The translations under genes were made by a program, and so were the position numbers. Under the pieces are notes generated by a model, which did no database searches, was not told where the DNA came from, and worked only from the letters and a program-made list of their open reading frames with translations. DNA of 64,000 nucleotides from Elusimicrobiota bacterium (GTDB lineage: Bacteria > Elusimicrobiota > Elusimicrobia > UBA1565 > UBA9628), in contig JACPOW010000043.1 of the NCBI GenBank assembly GCA_016191335.1, positions 3,704 to 67,703 of the forward strand, given 5' to 3'. Of the stretch, positions 31,696-40,181 are shown piece after piece (the first letter of the stretch is position 1; every line of letters starts with the position of its first letter).

Positions 31696-32127
31696 ATGTA
31701 CGACATCGACAGCCGCGACCGCGTCGCCGTGCTCGACCTCGCGCCGCCCCCGGATTCGGGCGATCCCCTGCCCATCGTCCTGGCCAAGGACGGCGCCGTG
31801 ATCCTGTCCTACGTGGCGGGAAGGGAGCTGACCGTCGTGGCGACCTTCCCCGTCTGCGCCGCGACGCTCTTCGGGGAGCCGCGGGCCAAGTCGCTCGGCA
31901 AGCACCCGCTCGCGGAGCGCGGGCTCAAGCCGCACGGCGCCTTCGAGGTGAAGGACTCCTCCTGGGCGCGCGCGCTCGAGGCGCGCGACGGCACGGGGCG
32001 CAAGAAGCACTTCATCTTCACCTTCCGCGACTCCGTCTTCGAGTGCGTCGCCAACGACATCGGCGTGGAACTCATCAGGGAAGACGACGACACCATCAAG
32101 CTGATGTCCAAGCGCCTGTATAAGTAG
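31696..32127 (+). CDS. hypothetical protein
   Basis: 143 aa. Starts 4 nt after the previous stop. The conserved-looking core FGEPRAKSLGKHPLAERGLKPHGAFEVKDSSW...HFIFTFRDSVFECVA recalls immunity-like proteins, but I cannot name the family. Confidence 0.5.
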   Translation: MYDIDSRDRVAVLDLAPPPDSGDPLPIVLAKDGAVILSYVAGRELTVVATFPVCAATLFGEPRAKSLGKHPLAERGLKPHGAFEVKDSSWARALEARDGTGRKKHFIFTFRDSVFECVANDIGVELIREDDDTIKLMSKRLYK

Positions 32128-32179
32128 GGCCCGCCAGGGAACTTTTTCGCCCCCTCGATCGTATGAGAGGTGATGACCC

Positions 32180-32225
32180 TTGACGAAATCCCTTACTTAT
32201 GGTACGCTACACCATAACCTATGGT
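32180..32225 (+). promoter_or_regulatory. toxin-antitoxin promoter TTGACG-17-TGg-TACGCT with three operator half-sites TATGGT / ACCATA / TATGGT
   Basis: TTATGGT 32197-32203 and ACCATAA 32211-32217 are inverted. ACCATA-acc-TATGGT 32211-32225 spans the toxin ATG. Confidence 0.5.
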
Positions 32226-32505
32226 TCAACCCATCCATAGGTACAAGCACACGTACCCCGACGGCAGCATCGTGCAGATCGTGATCTGGGAGATACCCCG
32301 TTCGCACGACCGCCCCGACGGGATCCGTTATCGACTGGCGTTCGTCCCCGCTTTGGCCGCGAGCCCGGCGGTCCCCTACGATAACCATCACCCGAAAGGC
32401 CATCACAAGCACATCCGGGGCGTGGAATACGCCTACGAATTCAGCGATTGGAACAAACTGATTGAAGATTTCTACAAGGACAAAGAAGCGCATGCGAATC
32501 TTTGA
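32221..32505 (+). CDS. TumE/DUF6516-like toxin component
   Basis: 94 aa. IVIWEIP...YRLAF...PYDNHHPKGHHKHIRGVEYAYEF matches my recollection of the DUF6516 (TumE) signature YDN..HH....HHKH. Confidence 0.6.
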   Translation: MVQPIHRYKHTYPDGSIVQIVIWEIPRSHDRPDGIRYRLAFVPALAASPAVPYDNHHPKGHHKHIRGVEYAYEFSDWNKLIEDFYKDKEAHANL

Positions 32506-32515
32506 GGTCAAATTC

Positions 32516-32854
32516 ATGACCGAAGAGGAGGCCAAAGCCAAGTTCCTGGCTTCGGTCAAGCTCGCCCATACCGGCCAGAAATATCCCGGCGACGAGGGAG
32601 TCTTCTTCACCGGCTGGGAAGCGGCGCTCAACGCGTTCACCGACAAGCGCCTGGAGCTGCTGCGGCTCATCAAGAAGCACTCCCCCCGCTCGATCAACCA
32701 GCTCTCCAAGATCGCCGGCCGCGATTTCAAGAATGTCTATACGGACGTTATGCTTTTCAAGCATCTCGGCATCGTCCGCGTCCCCGGCGGGCGGAGGCCC
32801 GCGGAGCCCCTGAAGGTGCTCTACGACGCGATCGACATCCACACGCTCATCTGA
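32516..32854 (+). CDS. winged-helix DNA-binding protein, putative cognate antitoxin/regulator
   Basis: ATG 32516 with GAGG 8 nt upstream (alternative ATG 32492 overlaps the toxin). RLELLRLIKKHSPRSINQLSKIAGRDFKNVYTDVMLFKHLGIVRV is a wHTH. Confidence 0.6.
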   Translation: MTEEEAKAKFLASVKLAHTGQKYPGDEGVFFTGWEAALNAFTDKRLELLRLIKKHSPRSINQLSKIAGRDFKNVYTDVMLFKHLGIVRVPGGRRPAEPLKVLYDAIDIHTLI

Positions 32855-32862
32855 TTCTCCGA

Positions 32863-32892
32863 TTGACGCCCCCGTCGGGGAATTGCTACGAT
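32863..32892 (+). promoter_or_regulatory. infC operon promoter TTGACG-18-TGc-TACGAT
   Basis: Lies upstream of AGGAG 32917 and the ATT 32933 start. Confidence 0.5.
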
Positions 32893-32932
32893 TACCCCTC
32901 GCCTCATCCAGCCCTTAGGAGTATCAAGCCTC

Positions 32933-33475
32933 ATTAATAATTACAACAGGAATTTTAAGGATAGCCGGGACACGACCCGGATAAACGGAATGATCCGGGC
33001 CTCCATGGTCCGGCTCATCGACGCAGACGGGACGCAGGTGGGAGTCAAGCCGATCGCCGAGGCGCTGGCCTTGGCCCGGACGCGCGGATTGGACCTCGTG
33101 GAGGTCGCCGCGACGGCGCAGCCCCCGGTTTGCAAGGTTTTACCGTACTCGAAGTACAAGTACGAGCAGGACAAGAAGGAAAGGGAGTCCCGGAAGAAGC
33201 AGAAGGCCGGCCTCCTGAAGGAACTGAGGTTTCGGCCGAACATCGGCCTGCATGACTTAGAAGTGAAGGTCCGGCAGATCGAGGAGTTCATCGACGCGCA
33301 CGACAAGGTGCGCATCACGGTGGTCTTCCGCGGGCGCGAGATGCAGCACCGGGACCTCGGGTTCAAGCTTTTGATGTCGATCCAGGAAAAGCTGGTCGAC
33401 AAGGCGGCCGTCGAGCAGGCTCCGATGCCTGACCGAAACCGCCTCGTGATGACGCTGATTCCGAAGCCGCACTGA
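32933..33475 (+). CDS. infC: translation initiation factor IF-3, probable AUU start
   Basis: Track ORF begins at ATG 32990, which removes the conserved RINGxIR motif. The frame is open upstream with no ATG/GTG/TTG. ATT 32933 lies 11 nt after AGGAG 32917-32921 and gives 180 aa (..RDTTRINGMIRASMVRLIDADG..). Confidence 0.8.
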   Translation: MNNYNRNFKDSRDTTRINGMIRASMVRLIDADGTQVGVKPIAEALALARTRGLDLVEVAATAQPPVCKVLPYSKYKYEQDKKERESRKKQKAGLLKELRFRPNIGLHDLEVKVRQIEEFIDAHDKVRITVVFRGREMQHRDLGFKLLMSIQEKLVDKAAVEQAPMPDRNRLVMTLIPKPH

Positions 33476-33510
33476 CTTACCAAGCCGCTCAAATAAAAGT
33501 AGAGGTTCGT

Positions 33511-33708
33511 ATGCCCAAGTTGAAGTCTCATTCCGGCGCGAAGAAGCGCTTCCGCACCAACGCCTCGGGGAAGTTCAAGCACGAGCATCCCGGACAGCGT
33601 CACCTGATGGCCCCCCTCGGCGGCAAGCGCCGCCGCTTCCTGCAGGGGTCTTCCACCCTTAACTCGACCGACGCGAAGACGATGCGCCGGTTCCTCCCGT
33701 ACGGCTGA
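33511..33708 (+). CDS. rpmI: 50S ribosomal protein L35
   Basis: 65 aa. MPKLKSHSGAKKRF. Confidence 0.95.
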   Translation: MPKLKSHSGAKKRFRTNASGKFKHEHPGQRHLMAPLGGKRRRFLQGSSTLNSTDAKTMRRFLPYG

Positions 33709-33721
33709 GGCATAGACCACC

Positions 33722-34069
33722 ATGAGAATCAAATCCGGCGTCACCACCCGCGCCCACAAGAAGAAGTATTTCAAGCTCGCCAAAGGCAACTACTCCGCCA
33801 AGCGCTCGCGCTGGCGGATGGTCAAGCAGCAGGTCGAGGCGTCCCTCGCCGAGTCGTACATCGGCCGCAAGGACAAGAAGGGCGACTTCCGCTCCCTCTG
33901 GATCGAGCGCATCAACGCCGCCTGCCGCCAGCACGACACGACCTACAGCCGCTTCATCAGCGGACTGAAGAAGGCCGGCATCACGCTCAACCGCAAGATG
34001 CTCTCCGAAATGGCCATCCGCGACGGCGCGTCGTTCGGCAAGATCATCGCCCTCACCAAGGGCGCGTAA
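33722..34069 (+). CDS. rplT: 50S ribosomal protein L20
   Basis: 115 aa. MRIKSGVTTRAHKKKYFKLAKG. Confidence 0.95.
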   Translation: MRIKSGVTTRAHKKKYFKLAKGNYSAKRSRWRMVKQQVEASLAESYIGRKDKKGDFRSLWIERINAACRQHDTTYSRFISGLKKAGITLNRKMLSEMAIRDGASFGKIIALTKGA

Positions 34070-34079
34070 AACTCCGGCC

Positions 34080-35132
34080 ATGACTCGCGCCGACTGGGAG
34101 AAATCCTACGTCTCAGCCGAGTCGGCCTTGCGTGACGCCGGAGTCGAGAACGCGGACCTCCTGAAGCTCGAGGAGGTCCGCGTTCGATTTATGGGGAGGA
34201 AGGGCGCGCTCACCGAGCTGCTCAAATCCCTGAAGGACCTGTCCATCGAGGACAAGCGCGAGCTCGGCCCGAAGGCGCAGGGCCTGAAGGCGAGCTTCGA
34301 CGCCCTGATCGACGCGCGCAAGGCCGCCCTGGAGGACGCCGGCGACGCCGCCGCCCTCGAGAAGGACGCCATCGACCTCACCTTGCCGGCCATCCGCCCG
34401 CCGAAGGGGCGCCTGCATCCGCTCACGACGACCTTGCACGAGATCGCGCGCACTTTCCAACTCATGGGTTATTCCTGGGCAGAAGGCCCCTTCGTTGAGG
34501 ACGAGAGGCACAATTTCTCGGCGCTCAATATCCCCGAAGGCCATCCCGCGCGCGACAGCCACGACACTTTCTATCTCCAGGGCTTGCCCCTGCTGCTGCG
34601 CACACACACTTCGACCGTGCAAATCCACACGATGGAGTCGATACGGCCGCCTCTGCGCGTGGTGTGCCCGGGCCGAGCATTCCGACACGAACAGATCGAC
34701 GCGACTCATTCGGCCATCTTCCACCAGGTGGAAGGCCTCGTCGTCGACGAGAACATCGGCTTGGCCGACCTAAAAGGGCACCTTCAGACACTGCTCCAAA
34801 AGCTGCTCGGCGCGTCGACAAAGACTCGCTTCCGACCGTCTTATTTCCCATTTACCGAGCCTTCGACCGAGGTCGACGTCAAGTGTTTCTTCTGCCCGGG
34901 AACCGGCTGCGCAGCCTGCAAGCACACTGGCTGGATCGAGATCCTCGGCGCTGGCGTCGTGAATCCAGCCGTTTTTAAAGCCGCGGGTTACGATGAACAG
35001 AAATGGTCCGGCTTCGCCTTCGGCGTCGGAGTCGAACGCGTTGCGATGCTACTCCACGGCGTCCCGGATATCCGGGCGTTCTACACCAACGATCTGAAAT
35101 TCTTAAAACAGTTTGATGAAAATCTCTTATAA
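34080..35132 (+). CDS. pheS: phenylalanine--tRNA ligase alpha subunit
   Basis: 350 aa. FRPSYFPFTEPS and GFAFGVGVERVAMLLHG class II motifs. Confidence 0.95.
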   Translation: MTRADWEKSYVSAESALRDAGVENADLLKLEEVRVRFMGRKGALTELLKSLKDLSIEDKRELGPKAQGLKASFDALIDARKAALEDAGDAAALEKDAIDLTLPAIRPPKGRLHPLTTTLHEIARTFQLMGYSWAEGPFVEDERHNFSALNIPEGHPARDSHDTFYLQGLPLLLRTHTSTVQIHTMESIRPPLRVVCPGRAFRHEQIDATHSAIFHQVEGLVVDENIGLADLKGHLQTLLQKLLGASTKTRFRPSYFPFTEPSTEVDVKCFFCPGTGCAACKHTGWIEILGAGVVNPAVFKAAGYDEQKWSGFAFGVGVERVAMLLHGVPDIRAFYTNDLKFLKQFDENLL

Positions 35133-37515
35133 CTGGCTAAAGGAGCACCTCCCCCTCGAGCTCTCCGCGACGGAGCTCGCCGGGCATCTGCTCAAGATCG
35201 GCTTCGAGGTCGCGGGCCACGAGCGCCTGGGACCGACCTTCACCGGCGTCGTGGTGGGCAAGGTCGTCTCGAAAGAAAAACACCCGAATGCGGACAAGCT
35301 CTCCGTGTGCGTCGTCGACGACGGCGCGACGAAGCGGACCGTGGTGTGCGGCGCTCCCAACGTGGACGCGGGGCAGACCGTGGCCTACGCGCGCCCCGGC
35401 GCCGTCCTGCCTGGCGGCTTCAAGATCGAGGGCCGCAAGCTGCGCGGCGTCGAGAGCCAGGGCATGATCTGCTCCCGCTCCGAGCTGGGCCTGCCCAAGG
35501 ACGTGGACGGGATCTGGGTCATGGGCGAGGGGCCGGCGCTCGGCGCCGACGTGGGCGCCTTGCTGGGCCCGGCGGACGACATCCTGGAGGTCGAGGTCAC
35601 GACGAACCGGCCCGACTGCCTGTCGCATCGCGGCCTGGCGCGCGAGCTGGCCGCCTACTTCCACAAGGAATTGAAGCCGCTGGGCGGGGGCATGGTCGAG
35701 AGCGCGAAGCTCTCGTTCCCCGTCACCGTCGAGGATGGGGAAGCGTGCCCGTTCTACGGCGGACGGCTGATCGAGGGCGTCACAGTCGGGGAATCCCCCG
35801 CGTGGCTCAAGACGAAGCTCGAGGCGATCGGCCTGCGGCCGATCAATAGCGTCGTGGACATAACGAATTTTGTTTTGCACGACATCGGCCAGCCGCTCCA
35901 TGCGTTCGACGCGGACAAGCTGGCGGGCGGGAAGATCATCATCAGGCGCTCGAAGAAGGGCGAGAACCTCCTGGCCCTCGATCACAAGACCTACGACCTC
36001 CCGGAAGGGCTGCTCGTGATCGCCGACGGAGAGAAGCCGGTCGCGCTGGCGGGGGTGATGGGCGGGGAGGACTCCGCGGTCACCACGGCAACCAAGCGAA
36101 TCATTCTCGAGGGCGCTTTCTTCAATCCAGCCGAGGCGCGGAAGTCATCGCAGAAGACCAGATTGCGCTCCGACTCGTCTTATCGTTTTGAGCGAGGGAC
36201 GGACCCAGAGGCGCCTCGGGCGGCGGCGGACCGGGCGGCGGGGCTGATCCTGCAGATCGCGGGCGGGGCGGCGGCAAAGCCGGTTGAGGTGTCCTCGCCC
36301 TTTGTCACTGGAACTCGAATTCACACTTCGGCCGACAAGCTGAATACCATCCTGGGTGCATCATTCTCAAGCGACGAAATCGTTTCAGTTCTGAAATCCA
36401 TCGCAAAGGACCTGTCAGGCAATGCTTCCGATCTTGGCTTCATGCCACCGGCTTGGCGCCACGATCTAAAGACGGCGAATGATTTAGCTGAAGAGGTTGG
36501 TCGGTTTCTCGGATACGACAACATACCGTACCGGATGGCCCCTATGGTCACCCGCACGGCGCGGCTCACGCCAGTCGAGACAAAATCGCGCCGTGTGCGA
36601 ACGAGATTAGCAGCCCTCGGGCTTTGGGAAGCGTACAACTACGACCTTGTGTCCGAAAAAACTTTGGCGGCGTGCCGCCTTACGGCGGATGGTCAACCGC
36701 GTGTCGCGCAGCCCTTGTCCGAAGATTGGGCTGTGATGCGTTCTTCTCTTCTTCCCGGACTGCTCAAGAACGCCCAATACAATGTCAGCCGCGGGGCGGA
36801 CACGGTGCGCTTTTTCGAAATCGGCAAAACCTACGCGATCCGAGATAAAGAGGTCGACGAGACATGGCGCGTCGCGGGGATATCGCTGGGGCCGGTGCTT
36901 GACGCGCGTTGGCAGACGGCGCGGGCGCCCCGCGCGTCTTTTTACGACGGAAAGGCGATCGTCGAGGATCTCTTGGAGGGCGCCGGGCCCATTGCGTGGG
37001 CCAAGCTTTCCGAACCCGCTGCCGGCAAAACCCCTTCCGACCCGCTCTTTCACCCGACCAATTCCCTGCGGGCCGTCATCAACGGGACCCCGGTCGCGAC
37101 GGTCGGCTGGCTGCACCCGCGCGTGGCCCGCGCCTTCGACCTCGAGCGCGAGGGCGCGATCGTCTTCGACGCGAACCTCGACTGGCTCGCCGGCCGGGAG
37201 ATCCCGCCGGCCCGCTACGAGGACTTCTCCGCGCTGCCCGTCTCGCGCCGGGACCTAGCGCTCGTCCTCGACAAGGCCACGCCGTATGCCCGCCTCGAGG
37301 CGGTCATCCGGGACTGCCTCGTCCCCGACCTGCAGAGCGTGCTGCTCTTCGACGTCTATGAAGGGAAGAACCTTCCCGAAGGGAAGGTCAGCCTCGCGAT
37401 CCGTCTGACCTTCGGGCGCTTCGACCGGACCCTGACCGACCCCGAGGTCGCCAAGGCCGTCGAGACGATCGTCGCCGCGCTCGCCAAGGAGCTCGGCGCG
37501 AGCCTGCGAGGCTGA
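35116..37515 (+). CDS. pheT: phenylalanine--tRNA ligase beta subunit
   Basis: ATG 35116 (MKISYNWLKEHL) overlaps pheS by 17 nt. tRNA-binding, B3/4, B5 and FDX-ACB order. The central part, about 36.1-36.9 kb, has much lower GC. Confidence 0.95.
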   Translation: MKISYNWLKEHLPLELSATELAGHLLKIGFEVAGHERLGPTFTGVVVGKVVSKEKHPNADKLSVCVVDDGATKRTVVCGAPNVDAGQTVAYARPGAVLPGGFKIEGRKLRGVESQGMICSRSELGLPKDVDGIWVMGEGPALGADVGALLGPADDILEVEVTTNRPDCLSHRGLARELAAYFHKELKPLGGGMVESAKLSFPVTVEDGEACPFYGGRLIEGVTVGESPAWLKTKLEAIGLRPINSVVDITNFVLHDIGQPLHAFDADKLAGGKIIIRRSKKGENLLALDHKTYDLPEGLLVIADGEKPVALAGVMGGEDSAVTTATKRIILEGAFFNPAEARKSSQKTRLRSDSSYRFERGTDPEAPRAAADRAAGLILQIAGGAAAKPVEVSSPFVTGTRIHTSADKLNTILGASFSSDEIVSVLKSIAKDLSGNASDLGFMPPAWRHDLKTANDLAEEVGRFLGYDNIPYRMAPMVTRTARLTPVETKSRRVRTRLAALGLWEAYNYDLVSEKTLAACRLTADGQPRVAQPLSEDWAVMRSSLLPGLLKNAQYNVSRGADTVRFFEIGKTYAIRDKEVDETWRVAGISLGPVLDARWQTARAPRASFYDGKAIVEDLLEGAGPIAWAKLSEPAAGKTPSDPLFHPTNSLRAVINGTPVATVGWLHPRVARAFDLEREGAIVFDANLDWLAGREIPPARYEDFSALPVSRRDLALVLDKATPYARLEAVIRDCLVPDLQSVLLFDVYEGKNLPEGKVSLAIRLTFGRFDRTLTDPEVAKAVETIVAALAKELGASLRG

Positions 37516-37517
37516 CC

Positions 37518-37754
37518 GTGCAGGGGCCTCTGCAGAGTCTCAAGCAGCTCGAGGTCCTGGTCAAGCAGGCCTCCGAGTCCCTCCAGAAGCTCGGCTCCGA
37601 GAACCGCCAGTTCAAGGACGTCCTCCGGCGCCTGGAGACGGAGAACAAGTCCCTCAATGACGAGCTGCGCGAGGCGCGACTGACCTTGGCCCGCCACGAG
37701 CGCCTGAAGGTCCGCCTGACGCGGCTGACGGACAAGCTCGCGAGGATCGGATGA
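37518..37754 (+). CDS. small coiled-coil protein (ZapB-like)
   Basis: 78 aa. Heptad-rich LKQLEVLVKQASESLQKLGSENRQFKDVLRRLETENKSLNDEL. 4-nt overlap with zapA. Confidence 0.55.
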   Translation: MQGPLQSLKQLEVLVKQASESLQKLGSENRQFKDVLRRLETENKSLNDELREARLTLARHERLKVRLTRLTDKLARIG

Positions 37755-38059
37755 ACGAGAAAGTCGAGGTCCAGATCGGCACGCGCCGGCTCGTCGTCGA
37801 GATGGAGGGCTGGACGCCCATCGAGATCAACGCGCTGGCGCAGAAGGTCTCCGAGCGCGTGGTCCTGATGCAGAGCCAGAACAGCAACGTGGCGGACACC
37901 TCGAAGATCGCGCTGCTCGTGGCGCTCTCGTTCGCCGCCGAGCTCGACAAGGAGCGCCAGGCGCACGACCTGACGCGCCGGCTGCTCGAGAACAAGGCCG
38001 AGTCCCTGTCGCAGTCGCTGCGCGAGTCGCTCCAGGCCGGCTCCGACACGAACGGATGA
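37751..38059 (+). CDS. zapA: cell division protein ZapA
   Basis: 102 aa. VEVQIGTRRLVVEMEGWTPIEINALAQKV followed by a coiled coil. pheT-zapA neighbourhood. Confidence 0.7.
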   Translation: MNEKVEVQIGTRRLVVEMEGWTPIEINALAQKVSERVVLMQSQNSNVADTSKIALLVALSFAAELDKERQAHDLTRRLLENKAESLSQSLRESLQAGSDTNG

Positions 38060-39345
38060 GCGAGCTCTTCGCCGCGGGCGCCGGGTCCCTGCCGCTGGCG
38101 GCGAGGATGGCGCCGCGGAGCCTCGACGAGTTCGCGGGTCAGAACGCGCTCCTCGGGCCGGGCAAACTGCTCCGGCGCCTCGTGGAGAGCAAGCGCTTCA
38201 CCTCGGCCATCTTCTTCGGGCCGCCCGGCTGCGGCAAGACCGCCTTGGCGAGGTACATCGCGGGGCAGTCGAACGCGGAGGTCGTGGAGCTCAACGCGGT
38301 CACGGCCGGGGTGGCGGACATCAGGAAGGCCGTGGAGCAGGCCAAGTATTCGGCGACGCTCGGGCGGAAGACCTTGCTGCTCGTCGACGAGATCCACCAC
38401 TTCAACAAGACGCAGCAGGACGCGCTGCTGCCGTCGGTCGAACGCGGGGATGTCCTCCTCATAGGCATGACGACGGAGAACCCGGGGTTCTACGTCAACG
38501 CGGCGCTGCGGTCGCGTGTGACGGCCTTTGAGTTCTTGCCGGTGCCGGAGTCCGAGTTGGAAAAGATCCTCGACAACGCCTTGAACGACAACGACAGGGG
38601 GGTCTCGTCATTACGGGTCATTATGACGCCCGAGGCTAAGACTCACCTGGTACGGCAGTCTGGCGGGGACGCGCGGCGGCTATTGAACGCACTGGAGATC
38701 GCCGCGCTGACGACGGGGACGGATACGAACGGAGAACGGCGGGTCACTCTCGCGGTCGCCGAGGAATCGATCCAGAAACGGCAGATACGGTACGACAAGA
38801 AATCCGACGATCATTATGATCACATCTCCGCGTTCATCAAGTCCATCCGCGGCACCGACCCCGACGCCGCCTTATACTGGATGGCGAAGATGCTCGAAGC
38901 GGGGGAAGAGCCCCGGTTCATCGCGCGGAGGATACTGATCGCCGCGTCGGAGGACGTCGGGAACGCCGACTTCCGCGCGTTATTGGTGGCGGAGGCGGCG
39001 TTTCGGGCCGTCGAAGTCTTAGGCATGCCTGAGGCGAGGATAACGCTCGCTCAAGCGGTGACCTTCGTCGCGTCCGCGCCCAAGTCGAATGCCGCCTATC
39101 TCGCGATCGACAAGGCCTCCGCCGAGGTCCGCGAAGGTCCTTCCCGTGAGGTCCCCCTCCCCCTGCGCGACGCCAACATGGACGCCAAGGAGCGCGGCCA
39201 CGGTCAGGGCTACAAATATCCCCACGATTTCCCCGGCCACTGGACGGCCCAGGAGTACATGCCGAACCCCGTGCGCTTCTACGAGCCGACCGACCAGGGC
39301 GACGAGAAGCGCATCGCCGAGCGCCTGAAAGCCCTGCGCGGCTGA
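38056..39345 (+). CDS. rarA: replication-associated recombination protein A (AAA+ ATPase)
   Basis: 429 aa. GPPGCGKTALAR, VDEIHHFNKTQQDALLP, and a MgsA C-terminal domain. Confidence 0.93.
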   Translation: MSELFAAGAGSLPLAARMAPRSLDEFAGQNALLGPGKLLRRLVESKRFTSAIFFGPPGCGKTALARYIAGQSNAEVVELNAVTAGVADIRKAVEQAKYSATLGRKTLLLVDEIHHFNKTQQDALLPSVERGDVLLIGMTTENPGFYVNAALRSRVTAFEFLPVPESELEKILDNALNDNDRGVSSLRVIMTPEAKTHLVRQSGGDARRLLNALEIAALTTGTDTNGERRVTLAVAEESIQKRQIRYDKKSDDHYDHISAFIKSIRGTDPDAALYWMAKMLEAGEEPRFIARRILIAASEDVGNADFRALLVAEAAFRAVEVLGMPEARITLAQAVTFVASAPKSNAAYLAIDKASAEVREGPSREVPLPLRDANMDAKERGHGQGYKYPHDFPGHWTAQEYMPNPVRFYEPTDQGDEKRIAERLKALRG

Positions 39346-39352
39346 CGCCGCC

Positions 39353-39393
39353 GGCTGTTTCCGGAAACAGTCCGACTCGCACCGGTGCGAGTT
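39353..39393. repeat. palindromic element copy 3: module B (19/20) + module A (19/20)
   Basis: 39353-39372 and 39374-39393, 8 nt after the rarA stop. Confidence 0.9.
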
Positions 39394-39399
39394 CATCCC

Positions 39400-39428
39400 T
39401 GGACGAAAGGCTTTTCCGGGGCTATCCT
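39400..39428 (+). promoter_or_regulatory. promoter TGGACG-17-TATCCT, 6 nt upstream of ATG 39435
   Basis: Same -35-like TGGACG as at 20396. Confidence 0.45.
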
Positions 39429-39434
39429 AGGCGC

Positions 39435-40181
39435 ATGAGGCGCCTCCTCCTTCTGCCCCTCGCCCTCGCCCTCGCGCTCGCCGCGTCCGCCCGCGCGGCC
39501 GACACCATCCTCGTCGTCGGGGATTCCCACACGGCCGGGGCCTTCGGCGGGGCGCTCGACGACGCGCTGCGCGCCGCGCCCGGCAACCGCGTCGCGACCT
39601 ACGGGGTCTGCTCGGCGCGCCCTCAATCCTATTTCGACGAGACGGAGCACGGCTGCGGCCGGCGGTTCCAGGACTTCACGAAGAAGGCGCCCGCGAAATG
39701 GCTCGGCGGGCGCGTCTACCGCAAGACCCGTCCCGACGGGAAGGGCGGCACGCGCGAGGTCGAGTTCGTGAAGACGCCCGCGCTGGCGCAGCTCCTCGAC
39801 GACCACGCCCCCACCGTGACGGTCGTGGCGCTCGGCTCGAACGTCCCCACCTCGGGCGCGAGCGTGCGCCGGACGCTCAAGCTCATCCACGACGCCGGCA
39901 GCGCCTGCGTCTGGATCGGGCCCCCGAACATGCGCAATCCCTCTCAGAAGGAGATGGACGCCGTCTACGGGACGCTGGCCGAGAACGGGGTCACGCCAGC
40001 GGCGACCTTCGAGGCGTCGCGCACGGACTCCTGCCGCCTCATCGACAGCCGCGGCTTCCCCGGCCTGCGCTATCCCGCGACGGGAGGCGACGGCACGCAT
40101 TACGGCGGGGCGCTCGCCCCCATCGGCATCCAGTGGGGCAAGGACGCCGCCGCGGCCGTGCTGGCCGCGTTCAAGCCCTAG
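39435..40181 (+). CDS. secreted SGNH/GDSL-type hydrolase
   Basis: 248 aa. Signal peptide LLLLPLALALALAASARA. Block I ILVVGDSHTAG. The stop shares a CTAG with the convergent gene stop. Confidence 0.7.
   Translation: MRRLLLLPLALALALAASARAADTILVVGDSHTAGAFGGALDDALRAAPGNRVATYGVCSARPQSYFDETEHGCGRRFQDFTKKAPAKWLGGRVYRKTRPDGKGGTREVEFVKTPALAQLLDDHAPTVTVVALGSNVPTSGASVRRTLKLIHDAGSACVWIGPPNMRNPSQKEMDAVYGTLAENGVTPAATFEASRTDSCRLIDSRGFPGLRYPATGGDGTHYGGALAPIGIQWGKDAAAAVLAAFKP

Noticed and set aside
30950-32932. Prophage or integrative element in the lower-GC stretch
   Set aside because: No integrase, transposase, tRNA target or direct-repeat borders are visible. There is only a TA pair and small unknown genes.
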